From an uncultured bacterium (GTDB lineage: Bacteria; Verrucomicrobiota; Verrucomicrobiia; Limisphaerales; UBA8199), in the NCBI GenBank assembly GCA_963749495.1, contig CAVVMW010000015.1, positions 224,001 to 288,000 on the forward strand: a stretch of DNA of 64,000 nucleotides, written 5' to 3'. Positions 29,830 to 39,306 of this stretch are shown in pieces. The notes below the pieces were generated by a model. That model did not search any database. It saw only the letters and a list, made by a program, of their open reading frames with translations, and was not told the DNA's origin. The first letter of the stretch is position 1, and each line of letters begins with the position of its first letter. Position numbers and translations under genes: made by a program.

Positions 29830-30063
29830 CGCGCTTGCATCGTTGCGCATTGGATGGCAACATGAATAAAACATCGAATAATGGAATTTACGACACGATT
29901 GGCTCGCTGCTGGCGGATCTTAAAGCCGCCGGCGACGTCTCCTGCCGAGGCAAAGGCCCGGGGGCCCGTTGGCGTTACTTGGGGAGTAAGCGTATTAACC
30001 CATGAGTGAGGGTAGTAATGAGGGTATTACCTCGGGGCGCAAAGGCCCAAATGCTAACTGCTG

Positions 30064-30562
30064 AAAAGCGCCAGAGGACTGGCCCAGTCCAAAGCGCTTC
30101 GCGCCGCACGGATGCCTGCCCGCTTCATCACTCCAATGCGCGTCGGAGCCGGGGCCCGGAGTTGTCCGGAAGCCGGTCTGCGCCCCGCCCGCTCCGCCGG
30201 GCGCATCTGGCTTGTACCACCACAAGAACAGGAGTCGCATAGGAGAACTGAGGCCGCGCGGATGCCCTGCAACCCGGAGGGTTGCCAGACGGTAGCCGGG
30301 GGTCGCGGCGTCAGCGCGACCCCCGGTTGAGGGCCAGAGGAGGTCATGCACCCCGGAAGGGGGTGCCAGAGGCCCGCGCATCATAGGGCGGGCGCGCTCT
30401 CTGGCATCCCTCCGGGATGCAGGCATCCGCCGTCGTCGCACCGGGGGTCTCGCTGCGCTTCGACCCCCGGCTACCCTCTTTCATCCCTCCGGGATGAATT
30501 TGCCGGAAAACACCGATGCCCGCCGTTCGTCGCTCCATGGTGGTACAGGCCAGATGCACCCC
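30064..30562. repeat. Large composite REP/palindrome cluster
   Basis: GGACTG..CAGTCC element; inverted GCATCTGGCTTGTACCACCA (about 30203-30222) / TGGTGGTACAGGCCAGATGC (30538-30557, also at 11751); CCCGGAGGG/CCCTCCGGG and CCGGGGGTC/GACCCCCGG hairpins. Confidence 0.7.
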
Positions 30563-30635
30563 GCTCCGGAGCCCCGGCCACAAGGTCCTTCCCCTCCATG
30601 CGGGTCGGTGCCAGAATCCTCGTGACACAACTCCG

Positions 30636-30861
30636 ATGAAGCCCCGGAAAACATGCTGCCTCTCCTGTCGCGCGGCAGTGGGCCTGAATCTCGCCCCCCT
30701 GCTGGCCAGCGTTCTTGGCCTGGGGCCTTTGGCCGGCCTCTCCCAATCCACGGGCGCGCCACCCCGAGCAATCGAGCGGATCCTGGTTGCCCACGACACT
30801 TGTCCCGACGTGACCTGGGGCTGGACTGAAGAACAGACCCGCCAGGGCTTTGCCGACCTGG
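30636..30861 (+). pseudogene. Truncated 5' end of a paralogue of the GH38-like gene at 43509
   Basis: Signal peptide followed by PPRAIERILVAHDTCPDVTWGWTEEQTRQGFADL. 30758-30861 matches 43640-43743 at 102/104. Confidence 0.85.
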
Positions 30862-31012
30862 CCGGGTCCAGTGACGAAGAAACTTGGCGGTTTTCCAGCC
30901 GGACCGTAGCCCAAGCCCCGCAAAATCACTGGTGTCTCGCTTGCATAAATCGCAAGGGACTCTTACGCCGCGCCAGGGCATTTGCCGAGCAATTTCCGGC
31001 CAAGCCGACTTT

Positions 31013-34000
31013 TCATTTGGCCGGCTGGGAGGGGTATAAGCCAAGGAGGTCTGCGAACGATTTCCCCTCGATGTCCTGCCTCGGTGTATCGCCATCAGCG
31101 CTCGGGAAGATCGGGCTGCCTGGGGACCAGAGTTCGAGGCTTTCGCTGTGGTTGTCGAAATAGTCGGCACGGGTTGTCACCCGGACGGGTGCGGCCATAC
31201 CGGGGGCCTGGTAGGCATATTCACCGCCTTGTAGCTCGTTGACCACAATGCCAGGTGGTAGGGCATCTGCACGGTGAAGCAGCGAGTCGAGGTCGGCCAG
31301 CGTGAGTTTCGCGGCTGGGCGCGACGGTTCTTCAAGGTCGGCTTGCACCATCGCATCGAGGTCGAAGCCGGCCTGCTTGGCGGCCTCGGCGTCGCGCTCC
31401 AAGTCGCCGGTGAGAGCGGCGCGAGCGTCAGGGTCGCGATTACGCTTGTCGAGGACGTGGCCAGCGATGACTGCGGGCAGGCGCGCGAGGATGGGCTGGA
31501 GCCTGCCAACGACGCTTTCGAATAAATTGATGCGGTGACGGAGTGCGGCGTAAACGTCCGCCTCGACCGTGCCTTCATAGTAAAAGTTGAGGATGCGAAT
31601 TTTCGGATGCTGCTGGCCGAGACGGTCAATGCGGCCGATGCGTTGCTCGACTTTCATGGGAAGCCACGGCATGTCGTAATTGATGAGGGCAGCGCAGAAT
31701 TGAAAATTGAGTCCCTCGGCGGCAGCGTCCGTACAGAGGAGGACGTTGGCCTGGCCGGTGCGGAAGCGATGCTTGGCTTCCTCACGGGAGATGGTCCGCC
31801 AGGCGCCGTCGTTTTCGCGAACCTCGCCGCCGCGACCCGAAAAGCAGGTGACGCGCAAGCTGGTCTTGGCGGCGAGTTGCTCCCGGAGAAAATCCATGGT
31901 GTCGGTGTATTGGGTGAAGACCATCGCCTGGGCGTATCCTGCGGAGCGGAGGTTGTCCAACTCGCGACGCAAGTGGCCTGCCTTCGTGTCCGGTGGGAGC
32001 TGGCGGATGTCGGCCAGCAGGCGAGCGATTTCCTTTTGTTCTTCACGCGCGAGCGCGTCGCGCCCCAACTCAGCGACTTCCTCGCGGCCCAGAACTTCGC
32101 CTTCGGCGTCGGTCGGCTCAGCCTCGGTTTCGTCGTCGGGTTCTTGCAGGCTCATGGGCTGGCCGGTCTGCATGGCCTTGAGGCGGTCCTCGAGGGTCTG
32201 TCGGAGCGCGTAGAAGCTGCTGGCAAGGCGGCGGCGGTAGCTGGTCATAACGAAGCCAACCGCGTTCTTCTCTTTCGGCGAGGCTTGGTCATAGGTCGTG
32301 GCGATGTAGTTTTCAACGTCGTCGTAAATGCGGGCCTCGTCGGCGGAGAGCTTTATGAACTGGTCCTCCACCTGGCGGTCGGCGATGGGGGTCTTGAGCT
32401 TGCCGGCATTGCGGTAGCGGCGGAGCAGGTCGCGGGTGTGCCGGCATATTAGTTTGGCGATGGGTGAATGGGAGCGGATGAGGCGGAGAGCCACGGCGCG
32501 CGCCGGGGCGTCCAGTTGGCGGCGCGGAATGGCGGCGGAGTCGCGGAGCGCGGAAAGAATGCGCTTGGCCTGCAGGCCGGTTGTGGCCCCTGCCCGGCGG
32601 GCGTCCTGCTCAGTGGCTGTCCCATAGCCTTGCTCGGTGGCGCGGAACATGCCGGCGAGAAATTCCATATCCTCGTGCGAGGGGGATGGTTGGTCCACCG
32701 CTTCACAGAATTTAAGAAAGGCGTCCTGATGCCATTCCGGGGGCAAGCCGAGTGTGGAGAGGAGATCCCACACTTCGACGGGGTAAGCCTGCATGGGCGT
32801 GGCTGTCAGGAGCAGGAGCGCCTGCGTCCGGTTTTGGAGACGCTGGAGCAGGTCGAGCAGGCGGTTGGGGCGGAGCTGGGCGGCCTGGCCCGGTGACTTG
32901 CGCCGGGCGTGGTGGGCCTCGTCAACGATGAGGATCTCCCATGGTTCGGCTTGCTCTACCAGTCCGGCGGCGCGGTCGGGGCGGCGCATGAGGTGGCTGG
33001 ACGCAATGACAAATGGCTCCTTGTGCCAGTCGGCGCGGGCGACGGGTTGCGCGAGTGGGCCGTTGTGTTGGGCGGCTTTGAGCCAGAGGAGTTGGTCGCC
33101 GTCGTAAATGGGCCAATTCAAGTTGAACTTTTCGCGCAACTCGACTTGCCACTGACGGCAGAGACCCGCCGGGGCGAGGATCAGGACGCGACGGGCCTTA
33201 TCCGCCAGCCATGCCTGGCGGATGAGCATTCCGGCCTGGATGGTTTTTCCCAAGCCGACTTCGTCGGCGAGGACCAGACGCGGGGGCCAATTGAAGTACA
33301 GGCGCTGAAAGGCACGAATCTGGTGCGGCCAGGGTTCGATATTTGCGGTGGCTTCGCCAACGCGCTCGCCGCCGTTGGGCATTTTGGGCGCTTCTTTGAT
33401 GAAGGCCCAAACGAGCCGGCGCAAATCGAGCAGGGGTTCGGGCGGAGCGGGTGGCGGCTCTGGCTCCGGCGGCGGTCCAATCTCTATCTTGGCTTCCAGC
33501 TTCTTGAGGCGGGCGGGTTGGTCGCCTTCGGGCAGGAAGCGGAGCAGGTCTTCGCGCGCCGCGTCCGGCACGTCGAGCGTGATGACGTGCTTTGATTCGT
33601 CGGACCAAAGCTTGGCAAAGTTGCTTTCTTCGGCTGCAACGCGGGGGTCGTCGCCAAGCCAGGAGCGGAAGATGTTCAGGCTTTCCCAATTCCGGGTCCA
33701 ACCGGCCTCGGTCTCGTTCAAGCTGCCATTGAACGCGAGGCGGTCGCCGGTCTTGTCTTCAATGATGCCGGCCTTTTCGTGGAAGATGCCTTCCGCCGGG
33801 ATGGGGCGGCGGTGCTCGTCGCATGGCACGGCGACTTTGACTTCGAGGATTTGGTTGGCGACCATCCAGGCGAGCAATTCAAGGGCTTCCACCTCGCGCT
33901 GGCTGCCGGGCTTCAACGGGTTGGCGAGCAGGTGGGCTTTGAGTTGCTCGCGCAATTCCGCGCCTTTGGCGATGGCTTCGACTTCGGGCTGGTGTAGGGT

Positions 34001-34210
34001 GCAGCCGACCAGCAGCCGCATTCGGCCGCTGTTGCAAACCAGCCCCTCAATGCCGCGCGCGGCGAGGGTGAGGGCCTTCGCTTGAAAGTAGCCGGTCAGT
34101 CGGTCGTAGCGGACCGCGCACTGCAGCGCCGGGACATAGAGTTGCGTGACGAGGTCGCCGTCATCCGGCGTGTATTTCAGTTTCCAGTCCTTGTCGCAGA
34201 GCAGGCTCAT
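31013..34210 (-). CDS. PLD-nuclease + SNF2-family helicase
   Basis: FHEKAGIIED...GSLNET (HxK PLD), LADEVGLGKT, DEAHH, LLTATP, EGLNFQ, EQRIGRIDR. Confidence 0.92.
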   Translation of the reverse strand: MSLLCDKDWKLKYTPDDGDLVTQLYVPALQCAVRYDRLTGYFQAKALTLAARGIEGLVCNSGRMRLLVGCTLHQPEVEAIAKGAELREQLKAHLLANPLKPGSQREVEALELLAWMVANQILEVKVAVPCDEHRRPIPAEGIFHEKAGIIEDKTGDRLAFNGSLNETEAGWTRNWESLNIFRSWLGDDPRVAAEESNFAKLWSDESKHVITLDVPDAAREDLLRFLPEGDQPARLKKLEAKIEIGPPPEPEPPPAPPEPLLDLRRLVWAFIKEAPKMPNGGERVGEATANIEPWPHQIRAFQRLYFNWPPRLVLADEVGLGKTIQAGMLIRQAWLADKARRVLILAPAGLCRQWQVELREKFNLNWPIYDGDQLLWLKAAQHNGPLAQPVARADWHKEPFVIASSHLMRRPDRAAGLVEQAEPWEILIVDEAHHARRKSPGQAAQLRPNRLLDLLQRLQNRTQALLLLTATPMQAYPVEVWDLLSTLGLPPEWHQDAFLKFCEAVDQPSPSHEDMEFLAGMFRATEQGYGTATEQDARRAGATTGLQAKRILSALRDSAAIPRRQLDAPARAVALRLIRSHSPIAKLICRHTRDLLRRYRNAGKLKTPIADRQVEDQFIKLSADEARIYDDVENYIATTYDQASPKEKNAVGFVMTSYRRRLASSFYALRQTLEDRLKAMQTGQPMSLQEPDDETEAEPTDAEGEVLGREEVAELGRDALAREEQKEIARLLADIRQLPPDTKAGHLRRELDNLRSAGYAQAMVFTQYTDTMDFLREQLAAKTSLRVTCFSGRGGEVRENDGAWRTISREEAKHRFRTGQANVLLCTDAAAEGLNFQFCAALINYDMPWLPMKVEQRIGRIDRLGQQHPKIRILNFYYEGTVEADVYAALRHRINLFESVVGRLQPILARLPAVIAGHVLDKRNRDPDARAALTGDLERDAEAAKQAGFDLDAMVQADLEEPSRPAAKLTLADLDSLLHRADALPPGIVVNELQGGEYAYQAPGMAAPVRVTTRADYFDNHSESLELWSPGSPIFPSADGDTPRQDIEGKSFADLLGLYPSQPAK

Positions 34211-35142
34211 TTCGCGGCGGCAGGCTGGTTGAGGGCCTGAACACTCAGGAGCTCGTAAACGGGTCGGCCAAAGCCTGAGCGGGTGCGCATTCGAGTCACA
34301 CGCAACTGGGCCTCGGCGGGCTGGTCAACCAACGCCAACATGGCCTTGGCCGCTTCTTCCGTGACCGAATCTGCGAGCACGCCAGAGATGGGCGGCTGGC
34401 CATCCGGATTGAAATCAAACCGCCAGGATTCCAAAAGAACTCCCCGACAAACCCCGCGCAAGCCTATGGTCACCGTCTCCGGTTTGGTCTCCGCAACGCG
34501 AGACTTGGCGGCGCGTACCTGCTCTGTGTTCAATTCGCATTGCCGCGTGGCGCTGCGAACATGTACGCTCGCTTCCTGCGTTTCGAGCGCGTTAAGAAAG
34601 CGCTCCAGGGGCGTCAGGACGCGCGGATGGAATCTCTCCACCGTATCCGTGAACGCGGCATCGCCGCTGGCCGCAGCCTCGACCAGGGACGTTATTTGGT
34701 CCATCGCGTCCGAAAGCTGCGCGGCGGCGATGAAGTCCTCCGCTTGCGGCTGGGCGAGCAGCAGACCGAAGGAACCGCGTGGCAAGGCCGTGAGGCAGAG
34801 CCGGGCCTCATCTTCACCGGCGCGGGGACCACGGCTGCCCACGGCGCCGTGACGCAAGGCGGAGTAGTGGTTGGCCACCATGTCTTGATAGGAATCGAGC
34901 ACTTTGCTGGCGAACTTAGCGTCCAGCCCCAGCGAGCCAATGGCCGGGCCGCCGGCGAAAAGCAGTTCCGCTTCCGGGCGGGCGGGCGGGCGCCTTTCCA
35001 TTTCGGCCAGTTCGTTTTCCAGACCCCGGAGGCGGCTGGCAAGCAGCGGCTTGGCCAGCGGGTCGTCGGGCATGTCGTGCAAGAGCGTTTTCAAACCGAC
35101 TATCTCGGCCTGCCGTTGTTCAAGTTCGCGCAAATAACTCAT
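34207..35142 (-). CDS. Hypothetical protein (311 aa), partner of the nucleotidyltransferase
   Basis: Start MSYLRELE overlaps the upstream stop; stop overlaps the helicase start. Helical N-terminus, ALPRGSFG core, beta-rich C-terminus. Confidence 0.8.
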   Translation of the reverse strand: MSYLRELEQRQAEIVGLKTLLHDMPDDPLAKPLLASRLRGLENELAEMERRPPARPEAELLFAGGPAIGSLGLDAKFASKVLDSYQDMVANHYSALRHGAVGSRGPRAGEDEARLCLTALPRGSFGLLLAQPQAEDFIAAAQLSDAMDQITSLVEAAASGDAAFTDTVERFHPRVLTPLERFLNALETQEASVHVRSATRQCELNTEQVRAAKSRVAETKPETVTIGLRGVCRGVLLESWRFDFNPDGQPPISGVLADSVTEEAAKAMLALVDQPAEAQLRVTRMRTRSGFGRPVYELLSVQALNQPAAAK

Positions 35143-35726
35143 GTTGTCCTCGTTCGAATGGAATTGGCCGCCTGCACGTCCTCGGCGCCCGTATCCAACG
35201 GTAACTGTAGCATACCCTTCCAAACGTCATCGCTCCGACGGTGGGAAAAGAGGCCAAACCAGTAGCGCACATCGTCCACCAGGCGTCGGGCATCCGCCAA
35301 GCGGTCAGGCGTCGCGGCCAAGGGAACCAAAATGTGGTCCACGTGGAAACGCTGCTTGGTGGCATCCCGGTCGGCAAGCACGGGCAGGAGCGCGGCAACG
35401 GGTGGAGGCGGATTCAAGGGCGGCGGGATGGGCAGGAAGAAAGTCACAACGTCAATGTCGTTCGGGGCGCGCCCGCGCGTTTTCTCTGCGTTTTCCGCGA
35501 AGCTGCCATCGAGCCATTGGAAACCCGAAGTAATGCCCAACTGCCGCAGGACGTCCCGAAGCTCGAAAAAGCCCACGAGGATTTGCCGCCGCTCATCGGT
35601 TGTGCCGAGCTTGGCGCAAAGCTCCATGCTGGTGCACGGATACGGCGACATGTGGGCGCGGTTCGCGGCGTGGTCGCCCACGTGCGGCGGCAGCACACCG
35701 TTATGGTCGAAATCCGGTATCGGCAT
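35139..35726 (-). CDS. DUF6932-like pol-beta superfamily nucleotidyltransferase
   Basis: MPIPDFDHNGVLPP, WLDGSF...PNDIDVV (hGS...DxD signature), WFGLFSHRR..WKGMLQL. Confidence 0.75.
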   Translation of the reverse strand: MPIPDFDHNGVLPPHVGDHAANRAHMSPYPCTSMELCAKLGTTDERRQILVGFFELRDVLRQLGITSGFQWLDGSFAENAEKTRGRAPNDIDVVTFFLPIPPPLNPPPPVAALLPVLADRDATKQRFHVDHILVPLAATPDRLADARRLVDDVRYWFGLFSHRRSDDVWKGMLQLPLDTGAEDVQAANSIRTRTT

Positions 35727-35729
35727 AGG

Positions 35730-38700
35730 TCACTGCTTCGCGTTTTCCTTCCACAACTCAAGCTGCTCCGGCGCTTCCACGCGGTCGGTGAACGCCAGAC
35801 GGCGCAATTTTTCCAAGGCGTCGAAATCGTTGCCGGCGCCAGCTACGTCGTCAGGCAGTTCGAAGTTGCTGAATGCGGTGCCGACGGGCAGGACTTCCAG
35901 CACGGCTTGCATGGCCGTGGCGAGATTGGAGTCCGTCAGCACCCCGGCGCGCTCCAGCAACTCGCGGCCCGCCTCCACGGTCTTCGTGCGGGCCTGGTGC
36001 GCGGCGTGGTGGAGCGCGTCAATCATGCCGCTGGAACCGTCCGCCCCGCCGAGGGCGCTTTTGGCGGCGCGCTGGGCGCTGTCCCACATCGTGAGGTCTG
36101 AGCCTTTCTTCTGGCACAGAGTACCGACGATGTCTCTGTCGAGATCCACGCCAACGGCGCGGGCCAGGCGCAGTGCTTCGTCGTAGGGGAAGACGGGCGC
36201 TTGGAAGGCGTCCCAAGCAAGGACGAACCAAGATGTGCGCGCGTCAAGCTCGGTGCTGGCTCGTTTGTGGGTAAGTTGCTCAAGCCGCCAACGCTTGACC
36301 TCGCGGCGGGCGGCGTCGAGCGCGTCCTCGGGCGAGACCGCGTAGGGGTCCCATTCTTCTTCCCAAAGTTCTTTCTGGGCAGCGCGCCGTGAGGCCGGCC
36401 TCGGCTTTGGCGTGCCTCGGGTGAGAGGCCAGAACTCGGAGAATTTTTGCAGGGCCGGACCAAAGCTGGCCAGGTAAAGATCAACGCCGCGAATTCCGCT
36501 TTTCTGGAACTCGGCCACGCGGTCGCGGACGGCTTGTGCGACGAGCGGCTCCACGTCTTCCCAGTACCTGGTTTCGCCGCCGCTGGGCGCCGTAACGCGG
36601 GGGCGGCAGGCAAGGAAAATGGTGCTGTTCGCGGCGGCTTTGTCCTTGATGTGCATGCTGCTCTCCGCCTCGGTGTTGATTGGCCAGCTTGCTGTGATGG
36701 TAAAGCGGGCTTCCATCAGGCCCTTCGTGAGAGCATCCCAAGCGCCTGTGGCCTTGTGGGTGAACATTAGGGTCATGATGCCGTCCGGCTTAAGCACGCG
36801 GCGGCATTCGGCGAAGATGGCGGCCATGCGCTCCTGATAATCGCGCCCGGCAAGGGCCTTGGCGCGTTTCTGGTTTCGGAACTTGGCTCGGTTAGCGACA
36901 GCCTCGTTCTCCTTGTCGGTCAAGTGACGGCGAAATAACTCAGGTAGGACCTTCCCGGCGGTACGCTTGAGCCAGACGTAAAAGAAATCGGAGAGCTCCG
37001 CGTACATGACATTATCGTAGTAGGGCGGATCCATCACTATGCAATCTACGCTTCCGCCGTCCAGATGGTCGAGCGCGTCTGCGGATTTGCAGGTTACGGT
37101 GATCGGTGGGGGCGTCCAAGGGAAAAGGCTCTCGGTACCTGAGCCGCATCGTGCCTCGTGTGGCTGGATTAGCTGGACGAGTTCTTTGATGCATTTGGCG
37201 GTCTGGTCGATTGCCCAGTCGCGCTCGACGCCGGCAATTAGCACTGACATTTCCGCATGGGAGGAAGAGAATGAAAAATCGTGGCGGTTGAATGTGTTTG
37301 CCACGACCTCGCGAATTGCCATCCACACGGACTTACGCGAGTTGTAGTTCAGCATTTTGTCGAGTGTGAGTGCGAGGTAGCAGAAAGCGGCCCTGACTAC
37401 ATCGTCGGGTTCTGCGTCGGCTTTTTCATTGTCAAGTAGCTCACGGAAGATACTTACCGCCTCCAGGTGTCCTAGGAGTTGTCGCGGGGCAAACTGGTCG
37501 CGCCAGAGTGGCATCCCATACTGAAGGGGCCGGTCGTCGTTGGCGCCCTGGGGGAAGGATTCGTTTGGTGCAATGTCCATTGCTTCCCACTCTGGCAACT
37601 TCTCGGCTAGGCGGGCTGCAACGAAGGCGCTGTTGTCGTCTTCTGGGCGAGGCGAACGGTACTGGCGCTCCCACTTGTCAAGCGTCTTTCCGTTCTTCCT
37701 TTTTGTTGGGATGCGGCGTTTGAAGACGACCGTGTAGAGTTGCTGACCCATTTGGCCTGCCTGGGCCTGTCGCTTGATTTCCTCTCCCTCAATGACTCGG
37801 CCGCAATCTGGGAAGGGACAGTGTGCATCTCCATCTGCAACCGTGCCCGCGGAGTGGTCAACCGCTTTGTAAACGATTTCGAATTCGCAGAAGCGTTTTG
37901 CTGCCTGTTTTTCGCAGTGCGGCAGCAACCGGATGCCTTTGCCATCCGGTGCCAACCGCCAGTTGGGTGAGAGGGGCACAAGCCCCTCGCAATATGGGCA
38001 ACGAACCGTCCTTGCCCACAGGTAGTTGGTTGGGATGCAGTCTGGCTCCGGCTCTGGCGGGAAGAACGGTGCCAGGCGCTCTTCTCGCATGGCCACAAAC
38101 TTTTCAGTGATTCTGCGGTACTCTTCGACCAGCTTTGGGCCGAATCTTGCCGGCCATTCTACCGTGGCCTTCTCGATGAGCGCGGCCACCGGATTTAGGT
38201 CATTGCTCACTGTACCGAAGCCTAGTCTGACTGCCTCAAATGGTATGCTGGCCCCTCCGGCTGTTGGGTCTAAAACGAGAAGTTGCTGGCCCTGCGAGAG
38301 CCTGGCGGTGTTGCGGATCCAGTCGCGGTCATCTGCCGTTGGTGAGTAGCTGAAAGCGCGCTCATAGCTGTATGCTTCGCCTTCGAACCAGACGCCGGTG
38401 CGACGCGCCTGGAGTATCTTTCTCTTGCTTTCGACTGGGTCGCCGTGAATCCCAAGGACGTGAGTGAACTTCTCGCGGTCAGCTTCGGCGGGCAGGACCG
38501 ATGCCAGAATTGCCGCTCGTGAGGCTACAAGTGGGCGTCTTGCCCACCAGACATGAAGATAGTAGGTCGGCGGCAGCGCCGTCATGGATCTGCGTTCACG
38601 AATGCTTTCCTCGCCTATTTCCGCGATTGGCAGCCACCGTTCGATCAGGCGGGTGTCATTCGGTTGGGAGTTGTTTGCGTCGGCTACGGGACTTTGGGCC

Positions 38701-38738
38701 GCAACGGTGGGCGCTGGGGATTGCTGGGTGGCGATCAC
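35730..38738 (-). CDS. DUF1156-containing adenine-specific DNA methylase
   Basis: LHVWWARRPLVASRA, motif I DPTAGGASIPFEA, Zn ribbon CPYC...CPFPDC, motif IV DPPYYDN. Confidence 0.92.
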   Translation of the reverse strand: MIATQQSPAPTVAAQSPVADANNSQPNDTRLIERWLPIAEIGEESIRERRSMTALPPTYYLHVWWARRPLVASRAAILASVLPAEADREKFTHVLGIHGDPVESKRKILQARRTGVWFEGEAYSYERAFSYSPTADDRDWIRNTARLSQGQQLLVLDPTAGGASIPFEAVRLGFGTVSNDLNPVAALIEKATVEWPARFGPKLVEEYRRITEKFVAMREERLAPFFPPEPEPDCIPTNYLWARTVRCPYCEGLVPLSPNWRLAPDGKGIRLLPHCEKQAAKRFCEFEIVYKAVDHSAGTVADGDAHCPFPDCGRVIEGEEIKRQAQAGQMGQQLYTVVFKRRIPTKRKNGKTLDKWERQYRSPRPEDDNSAFVAARLAEKLPEWEAMDIAPNESFPQGANDDRPLQYGMPLWRDQFAPRQLLGHLEAVSIFRELLDNEKADAEPDDVVRAAFCYLALTLDKMLNYNSRKSVWMAIREVVANTFNRHDFSFSSSHAEMSVLIAGVERDWAIDQTAKCIKELVQLIQPHEARCGSGTESLFPWTPPPITVTCKSADALDHLDGGSVDCIVMDPPYYDNVMYAELSDFFYVWLKRTAGKVLPELFRRHLTDKENEAVANRAKFRNQKRAKALAGRDYQERMAAIFAECRRVLKPDGIMTLMFTHKATGAWDALTKGLMEARFTITASWPINTEAESSMHIKDKAAANSTIFLACRPRVTAPSGGETRYWEDVEPLVAQAVRDRVAEFQKSGIRGVDLYLASFGPALQKFSEFWPLTRGTPKPRPASRRAAQKELWEEEWDPYAVSPEDALDAARREVKRWRLEQLTHKRASTELDARTSWFVLAWDAFQAPVFPYDEALRLARAVGVDLDRDIVGTLCQKKGSDLTMWDSAQRAAKSALGGADGSSGMIDALHHAAHQARTKTVEAGRELLERAGVLTDSNLATAMQAVLEVLPVGTAFSNFELPDDVAGAGNDFDALEKLRRLAFTDRVEAPEQLELWKENAKQ

Positions 38739-38742
38739 AGGT

Positions 38743-39306
38743 TCATCGGTAGGCAGGCACTTGTCTGGGCTTGGGTGAGGTCAACAGGAAGCGGAGCGCC
38801 ATGAGGACGCGGCGCGGATTCTTGCGGTGCATGGCCATGCCAAGCCAATAGGATGCTTCTTCTTTGCCCATCGCCTCGATCCCTTCGATCACGGCGCGGA
38901 GGTTGTCGCGGCTGCGCATGGGAGCCAGGGCGCGAAAGAGAAGGGCGAGGGGGAGCGCGGTTTCTTCGGGCAGCGGCCAGGCGCGCGGCAGTCGGAGTTC
39001 TGGGGTCTCGAACTGGGTGCCGGTTTGTTTGAGTCTGCGCGTGACGCGGTGCTCGACCAGTTCCAGGTTACGACCGCGCAGCCCGGCAAGGCGCGCGGGC
39101 GCAGTGAGGTGCGGAGTAGCGGGCGAGGGCAGTTGCCAGACTTCCAACTCGGTGTCGGCGGGGCCGAAATAGCGGGCGCGCAGTTCGTAGCGTGGCAGCG
39201 CGAGGGCTGGGTCGGCTGGGGCTCGGCGTGAGACAGGGCGCAAGCGTCCATTGTTGGATGGCAAGGGGTCGCGAAGCATTGGTTTTCTTTCGGCTCTGGC
39301 TCTCAC
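38743..39306 (-). CDS. Small conserved protein in the DUF3780-like position of DUF499 operons
   Basis: LPEETALPLALLFRALAPMR...EEASYWLG...RRVLMALRFLL; coupled to both neighbours. Confidence 0.7.
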   Translation of the reverse strand: MRARAERKPMLRDPLPSNNGRLRPVSRRAPADPALALPRYELRARYFGPADTELEVWQLPSPATPHLTAPARLAGLRGRNLELVEHRVTRRLKQTGTQFETPELRLPRAWPLPEETALPLALLFRALAPMRSRDNLRAVIEGIEAMGKEEASYWLGMAMHRKNPRRVLMALRFLLTSPKPRQVPAYR

